The position numbers and the translations under genes are program-made. Positions 57,787 through 64,000 of a DNA stretch of 64,000 nucleotides are shown here, one piece after another. Each line of letters starts with the position of its first letter. Within the stretch, counting starts at the first letter, position 1. Source of the DNA: Folioceros fuciformis (Eukaryota); NCBI GenBank assembly GCA_049999805.1, contig JBNGIO010006327.1, positions 349,689 through 413,688 of the forward strand, written 5' to 3'. The notes under the pieces are model-generated. The model saw nothing but the letters and a program-made list of their open reading frames with translations. It was not told the DNA's origin and searched no databases.

Positions 57787-58422
57787 TGTGTGGGATGCGG
57801 AGGCAAGCGTAGGTTGATTGATTCTCCGTTGTTTACCGACCCTGTGCCATCACCAGGAAAAGTCTCATCAGTGGCCAGTCTCAATCTGTTTGTTCACACT
57901 GCCGATATTGGACTTGCTTAATTGTGACAAACGGACAGTAAGTTACTTCCTATCACCTAACTGACTGCAAAATCTACAGTCACGGCACGTAACTTGAAGA
58001 TTTTCACGACGGCCCCATGTCACAGGAATTCCGGACCCGTTCCTTGAAGGACTGCCTCCCGGAAGACGGATCCTACTTGTGTGCCACCTGCTCCTGGATG
58101 TGCCTCAGCTCTCTGAATATCCCCCAGAAATGGTATTCGTCCTCAGCGAGGCCGCACCTGCGCTTACAGAAGACTGGCAGGTGGGCCGACATGCTTGTCA
58201 AGGAAGCAAGCATGAGTAACAAAGTGTACAACGTTACTGTCCGGCTATCGGAATCACACCGACATAAGCAACAAACACGGCGGCGCTGAAGGACGCCAGA
58301 AGGGCCAAGCGCCGGCGCATGGAAAACCTCTTAGCCTTCCCCATCGACTGAATTCCCCGTCTTGAAGAGAAACCAGCCTGAGCCCTAGAGACATTTAGGA
58401 GATGGAGCTCGCAACACTACCG

Positions 58423-58536
58423 TCAAGCAGCTTGCTAGTGGTCGAGCTGGGCCAAGGCTACCTGCTCGTGGTCTACGGCCTCCTGGATCAGACCTTCGTC
58501 GTCCACCACCATCTGCAGGGCACCGACCCCACTCAT
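58423..58536 (-). pseudogene. EF-hand gene duplicate with an internal deletion
   Basis: The start region is joined directly to LQMVVDDEGLIQEAVDHEQ, the EF-hands are missing and there is a premature TAG. Confidence 0.85.
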
Positions 58537-59047
58537 CGCGTCTACTCGCCAAACTGCGACAACCGCGACTCACTTTCCCGTTTCCCTCCCCATCTTCATC
58601 ACTGAATTAGTGCCTACATTAAGCGCACCGTTTTATTATCCCCTTTGAAAACCTTAGGTTACCCAAAATTGAAATCAAGTCCATCTCTCTCTTAGTACGA
58701 AGCATGTAGATCTTTTCAGCGGAACTCGATTTCTGCACGAAGAGTCCCTGCACGAACTACACCCGATTCCTTGTAGTAAGCTTAGTTGGGGGAGAGAGTG
58801 CAATTAGGCTGGACTGCGCTCTTGCTTACCAACAATGGAACTCCGACATAAGCATTGCTTAGCAGGTTGAGTTAGTATAGCACAACAGATTGTATTAGGT
58901 TTTTGGTTACTATGGCCGCACTCGTGGAACAAGCAGCCTTCAAAAGGATCACAAAAGTTTTGTAGGATTGGGCTTACGGTTATGAAGAATTGGATGGAAC
59001 CTCGCACTTGTAAATTGGCGCATAGCAAGATTGTCTAGCAGTGTCAT

Positions 59048-61446
59048 ATGGGTTACTTGCGCGATGTTTCTTGGGAGCATCTCCTCACAAGCAATATAAG
59101 AGGTGCGTTTCAGATGATCCATGTTCTTAAGGAGTACTTTGAGCCTAAATTAATCAAGGAACTACAAGATTTATCTGTAGTTCATGTGGACTCCTTAGCC
59201 AACTTCAAACTCACGGATAGAGAATCATTGTTATATTTTCAAACTGACATCAATTATGAAGAACAAAAGAGAGCAGTTATACAAAAATTGAAGACTCATT
59301 CAGACGTCCAAGCTGAAATGCAAGGCCTCATACATGCTGAACTAGAAAGGGGTATCCTGGAGCCATTTAAGGTTGAAAAGCTGCATATCAGAAGTATGGA
59401 AGCTGGGAAGAGTCTTCTTTCCTTTATAATTTTGTGCCTCACTAATATGATTTATCCACCAAGTGTTCTTGGTTACGTGTTTCCAATTCCAGTTAATCTC
59501 CCTGGAAGAGATGATGAAAGGGGAGGGACTTTTGGTTCCGCCATTGATATGGGTGTGTGCCTATCATGTTATACATGTATGAATTGGGATTGCAACAGTT
59601 CAAAACCCCCTTGCCAAAATCTGGCAATGGGGATATGTAACTCTTGTGAGTTGGTTGCTTATTGTAACCCACATTGTGGGATGGAGCACGATTGCCAAGC
59701 TGGACATGGTTTGATATGCAATCGGATCTTTGAACTGAGAATGGCAGGGTATAAGCCATCACCAAGGGAAAAGTGTGAATATCCACAAAACGAAGCTGCA
59801 ATAAGATGGGATACTACTCCTCTTATTGCCCTAGTAAAACACAATGGCCCGGATGAGTTTCTCCCAACTCCCTTACGTATGTCTTTCGATGGGTGCTATG
59901 ACTTAAGCAATATCATCCAGACCCTTGGTCAAATAAATGCTGATCGTCAGTTTAAGGACATGAAGAAGTTGAAATCCAAACGAGAGATTACTTTTTACAT
60001 CAATTGTTCAGATCATCATGCTGTTGCTAGGAATCTTATCATCAGTTGCTTGCTTGCAGCTTGGGCCAATGGTGATTTTGGCGATTCTATTGGTGATGCC
60101 ATTATAGCAATTTGGTACTCAGCTTTCTTAACACTTCCTCAGTATCTTTTGCTCATAGAGACTATTACATCCATCCTCAAAGATGCTAAGATTATGGATA
60201 CACGCTTACCAGTGAGCCTTACTGCTTTATCAAGAAGGTTAAACATGAATTCAGACAAAGCATACGTGGATCGCTTAGTAAATCTTAAAAACTCTGAATG
60301 CCATGTTCATCTTCATAGCAAAGGACCTGAGATTTGGAAGTATTTGGTGGAGATGACATTGCTAAACTGGTCTTTAGAGGGATGTGAAGCAGCTAGAATG
60401 CAAAGTGTAAATGCAACGGACAACAGCCAAGCCATAGAACAGTATCTCATTCCAGAGCATGTTGAAGCTGTAAGACATTTTCGACTTACAGGGATGCTTC
60501 TGCCATACGGCCAATATTCCGGTCACCATGTTCTACCGAACCCCACTTTGTTCTCAGCTACTATGGGATGGATAGGTGAATCCAGCAGTGTTGACTGCTT
60601 TGGGGGTTGGCCTATCAACAAGGTCTTGTTTCTCATACCTTTTAACTCTGTCATTCATCATGCTGATTACTACATCTTGCAACAATAACTTGATCAAAGA
60701 GTTCTATTTCTCTTGTACATATGGCACAGGTTTTGGAGAAGAAAGTAGCTCCATTTGAGCCTCAATATGATCTATATGGAAACTTTTTCTTCCACCTCAA
60801 AGATGCTCTAAACAAGGCTCTTGCAACAATTCGAGACACCCGAGTGAACTTTCAATTCTTTGCCATGTCTTCAGAGTTGTTTACACATCATCTTACATAC
60901 AAAGATCCAGGTCTCATGGCTTTGTATCGTGGATTCACCACATTAAGAGAGTATTCAAGTCTACCACAAGTGCTTCGTCATTGGGCTCCTCTATTTGGGT
61001 GGCCACGCAATAGGGCCAATTGTTTAGTGCTTAAAGTGCGCTCTCACAAAATCACCAAGTTATCATCTCAACTTAATATCAATCCTAGACTTGAAGTGCT
61101 CGACAAGTTTATGGGCAAGGTTAACTCATCAGAAGACAGCAAAACAGAGAGATTCAAAGACATATTATTGCAGTATGTTAAAGACCTCCGTGAAGACAAA
61201 GTTTCCTCCAAAGTTGACCGATTACGTGCGTTACTGCTCACAGACAACCAAGATGAGTTGCCTAGAGAATGCCATGGCATGAAAAGAAGGACAAAGAATA
61301 TAGTGGTACCTCACACCAAAATGCCCTCTTATTTTAAGCTATCCAACTACGACCCTAATGTACTAGTTAACAAATGCTACTATGATATTTTCCTTTCTAG
61401 AGCTGATTATTTAACTAATTTTATAGAGTGGACAGTTAATAGATAG
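59048..61446 (+). CDS. MYND-type zinc finger + DUF4470-like protein, copy 2; exons 59048-60622 and 60730-61446 (~763 aa)
   Basis: Colinear with copy 1. The AAG|gtcttg...cacag|GTT phase-0 intron (107 nt) joins the 546-aa and 241-aa ORFs as GGWPINK|VLEKKVAP..DLYG. Confidence 0.8.
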
Positions 61447-61944
61447 AGGACATTGCAGTATAGCCAGTTTACTAGAGTAGACAATGAATATCAGTACAAA
61501 GTTTAAGTATTTGCACATCCCTAAAATTGTAACATAGAAAACTTTATCACCTAATCTTTTCAGTCAAAACATGCTTGAGTGGGATCTAATTACTTCAAAT
61601 TCATGTTGATCATAATGTGCAAACGAATGGGCCCCACACCTAGCGTGCGTTAAAGTGTGCAGAGGGTCTGTTTCTCGTACACTTCAAAAAGCGTGCCACG
61701 TTACCCCAAAGCCATGGATGGGTTTGCTTGCGGCTGCACAGGAACGGCACTGGAAACCAGCAAGCCTTGCTAGACTGTATTCAAGGCAGCACGAAAACAA
61801 GATATTGAGAGACAACGAACGCAAGAAAAGTTGAACCGCCTCTGACAACACGCTGAATGCTTTTGGGAAACACGTGCACACATACTTTCCTTTCTCCGGA
61901 GATTGGCATCTCAGTGCTCCCCGCCCGCAGTCCGGGCTCGTACT

Positions 61945-64000
61945 CTAAGAGACGTTAGAGTCGCTAACTCCAGGACCTACTAGAATTCTAAAGTTGCTTC
62001 GACGAGGGGGAAGCTGGCCCTCCGACTGCCTCGGCAAGCCGCCTTGGTCAGGCATGAGAGGTACGCCGGGAAGCATATCCTGGTTTTTCTTCGTCCACCG
62101 TGGAAAATTCTGCTTGTTCCTCCGGAACGATTTTACCCCTGGCGAGGTGCTTCCTTGGGGCTGCGTCGCACCGGATCCCATCGGATTCCTGAATTGGCCT
62201 TGAGATGTGGAGGGTTCACCAGCTCTGACACTGGTTCCAGGAGGACTAGTCGCATGTTGGCCCTGTTGAGGATTTCTTCGCTCTCCATCATAGTCCGCGT
62301 GACTTGGGTCGTCCATGGGTCCATTCGACTCCTGAAGCTTGCCTCTCCTTCGACCCCTGTTTCTGTGTCTCTCACGACTCTTGAAAGCATGAGGGCAACC
62401 GGGAACGGACATGGCTGGTGATCCAGGGGATTCAGTAATTCCACATGCTTGGATACCCTGCTGAATATGATCAACTTGGCTACCCTGCTGAGCCTGCGCC
62501 TCACTCACTGCTGCCGAAAATGGCCTACCGCAGGTCGCTCGGGCTTTTGCCTTTGTGGACTTCAGCCTTGCAGACGGGGAGGACTGCTCCCCACTATCGT
62601 TGTCAGATGCTAGACCAATTGGTTCTTCTTCCGGTCCACAAGTTGCTTTCTGTTGTTCCATTTGCTTGCCAGAAGCCGAAATTTGTGACACACCTGCTCC
62701 GAACCTTCCTGTACCTGACTTCTTCCCAACTCCTCCTTTCACTTGTGTTTGGCCAAGATTATCCTGCCTTCCTTTTCCCTGTGAACCAAAGAAGTGATGC
62801 TTGTTCGCCTCTTGGAATGGTTGGTGCTGATTCCAGCCTCCATTTTGCGTCCTAACGCACGGAAGCTGCTGTCCATACCCCGTATGCCGAAATTGACCAT
62901 TGAGTTGACCGTACACCTGAGCGTATTGCTGACCATATTGCTGCTGCATCTTTGAACGAACCCCTGGTATCAAGTTTCCCTGGGGCCAGCAAAATAGGCA
63001 AACTCGCAACCAGGATGGATCACTATCAGGCNNNNNNNNNNNNNNNNNNNNNNNNNNNNNNNNNNNNNNNNNNNNNNNNNNNNNNNNNNNNNNNNNNNNN
63101 NNNNNNNNNNNNNNNNNNNNNNNNNNNNNNNATACCGGATAGGGCTTCAGCTGTGACGGAAAACGCATCACATATCTGTGGCAGAGTGTTCTCATGCACA
63201 CTTCTAGCACAGTTCTCCGTATAGTCAAACGGGTCCTCAACCTGCGTACAAATATCACCTTCAACGTAAACTTCAGAGCCAGACTTCACGTAGACATGCG
63301 GGCTCCCAAGATATACATTAAAGCATGCTAATGTTGATTTCTCATGGATCAAGAATGCAAAGAAGGCCCACACCATGAGTATTACTCACACTCATGATGT
63401 AGTGTTTATCTCTCCATGCTTGATTGCTAGTGCTATTGTCGCCCCACTGTCCAGCAAACGTTCGGACAACCAAACCTTGTGTCCACAAATGTTGCACAGA
63501 AGAAAACTGCGGGCCCACAAAGAACAAAATTGGCCTCAACTAAGTTCTAACTTTAGGAAGACCACAGCTTGAAATTCTTCGTTGGAGGCTTTCAACAGTT
63601 AGCGTACAGCCTCAGACAATCCAGATAAAGTACATGGCTATGATACCGTTCGGCAATTGAAGCAAAATACGGAATTACCTGGACGAAGAAAGATAGCAGA
63701 AGATCCGCAACAGTACTCTTGTTCTGTTGACCAAAACCTTCACCTATAAAAGCTTGTATTCTTTTGGAACACTCTTCCAGATGTTGGTCCCTTGAGCTTC
63801 CAGCCCACTTTCCTGTTGAATTTTACACATGTGAGCATCTTTACCTACACATTGTGCAGGGACCAACAGTCATAACCCATTTCAAGCGTAAACTACAAAA
63901 CATGCAATCGGATAGGAAAATCAATCGTTCCATAAGAAGCAGATGTGCTCACGAACCAAACCTGGCGGCTCGTTGCCTTTCTCCTCACCAAGAATGGTAC
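61945..64000 (-). CDS. HESO1: 3' part of a HESO1-like terminal uridylyltransferase with a Q/G-rich tail; 5' exons lie beyond the window
   Basis: Spliced GFGQQNKSTVADLLLSFFVQ|FSSVQHLWTQGLVVRTFAGQW...WRDKHYIMS|VEDPFDYTENCARSV is the PAP-associated/nucleotide-recognition region of the Cid1/HESO1 family. One junction is hidden by a gap. Confidence 0.78.

Noticed and set aside
60623-60729. Frameshift or stop making MYND-DUF4470 copy 2 a pseudogene
   Set aside because: A canonical phase-0 intron at the same position as in copy 1 explains it.
63242-63330. SSB-like motif VKSGSEVYVEGDI in ORF 63026-63376
   Set aside because: It falls inside the predicted HESO1 intron (63389-63242); the exon starts at VEDPFD. 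It is treated as coincidence.

Overview
Gene-dense nuclear DNA of a land plant with short GT-AG introns. A non-seed plant such as a hornwort is inferred from the compactness and from a mitochondrial insert with cis-arranged nad5 introns, but this is not proven. Recognisable housekeeping genes are SDH2, an RH7/DDX21-type DEAD-box helicase, YJU2, an ABCI19/21-type ATPase, DIM1/YLS8, a Sororin-motif protein, an intronless BIG5/MIN7 ARF-GEF, an intronless PPT1, an organellar AspRS, a PTST2-like CBM48 protein with a TrhO/STR9 N-terminal-domain ORF directly upstream or fused, ATP-PFK, an EF-hand protein and the 3' part of a HESO1-like uridylyltransferase. A repeat island at about 15.8-26.6 kb holds a deleted Harbinger element, a NUMT (decayed group II intron maturase, domain V, the 22-nt nad5 exon, a nad6 fragment), a palindromic 26-bp minisatellite and LTR remnants. 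The most unusual content is (1) two tandem, apparently intact genes with a fungal-type MYND-finger plus DUF4470 architecture inside a ~5.7-kb tandem duplication between PFK and HESO1, (2) a decayed CHAT caspase-like protease gene and (3) an unrecognised ~2.5-kb family present twice in opposite orientation and carrying a miRNA-like hairpin. All identifications are by eye from motifs; no searches were run.
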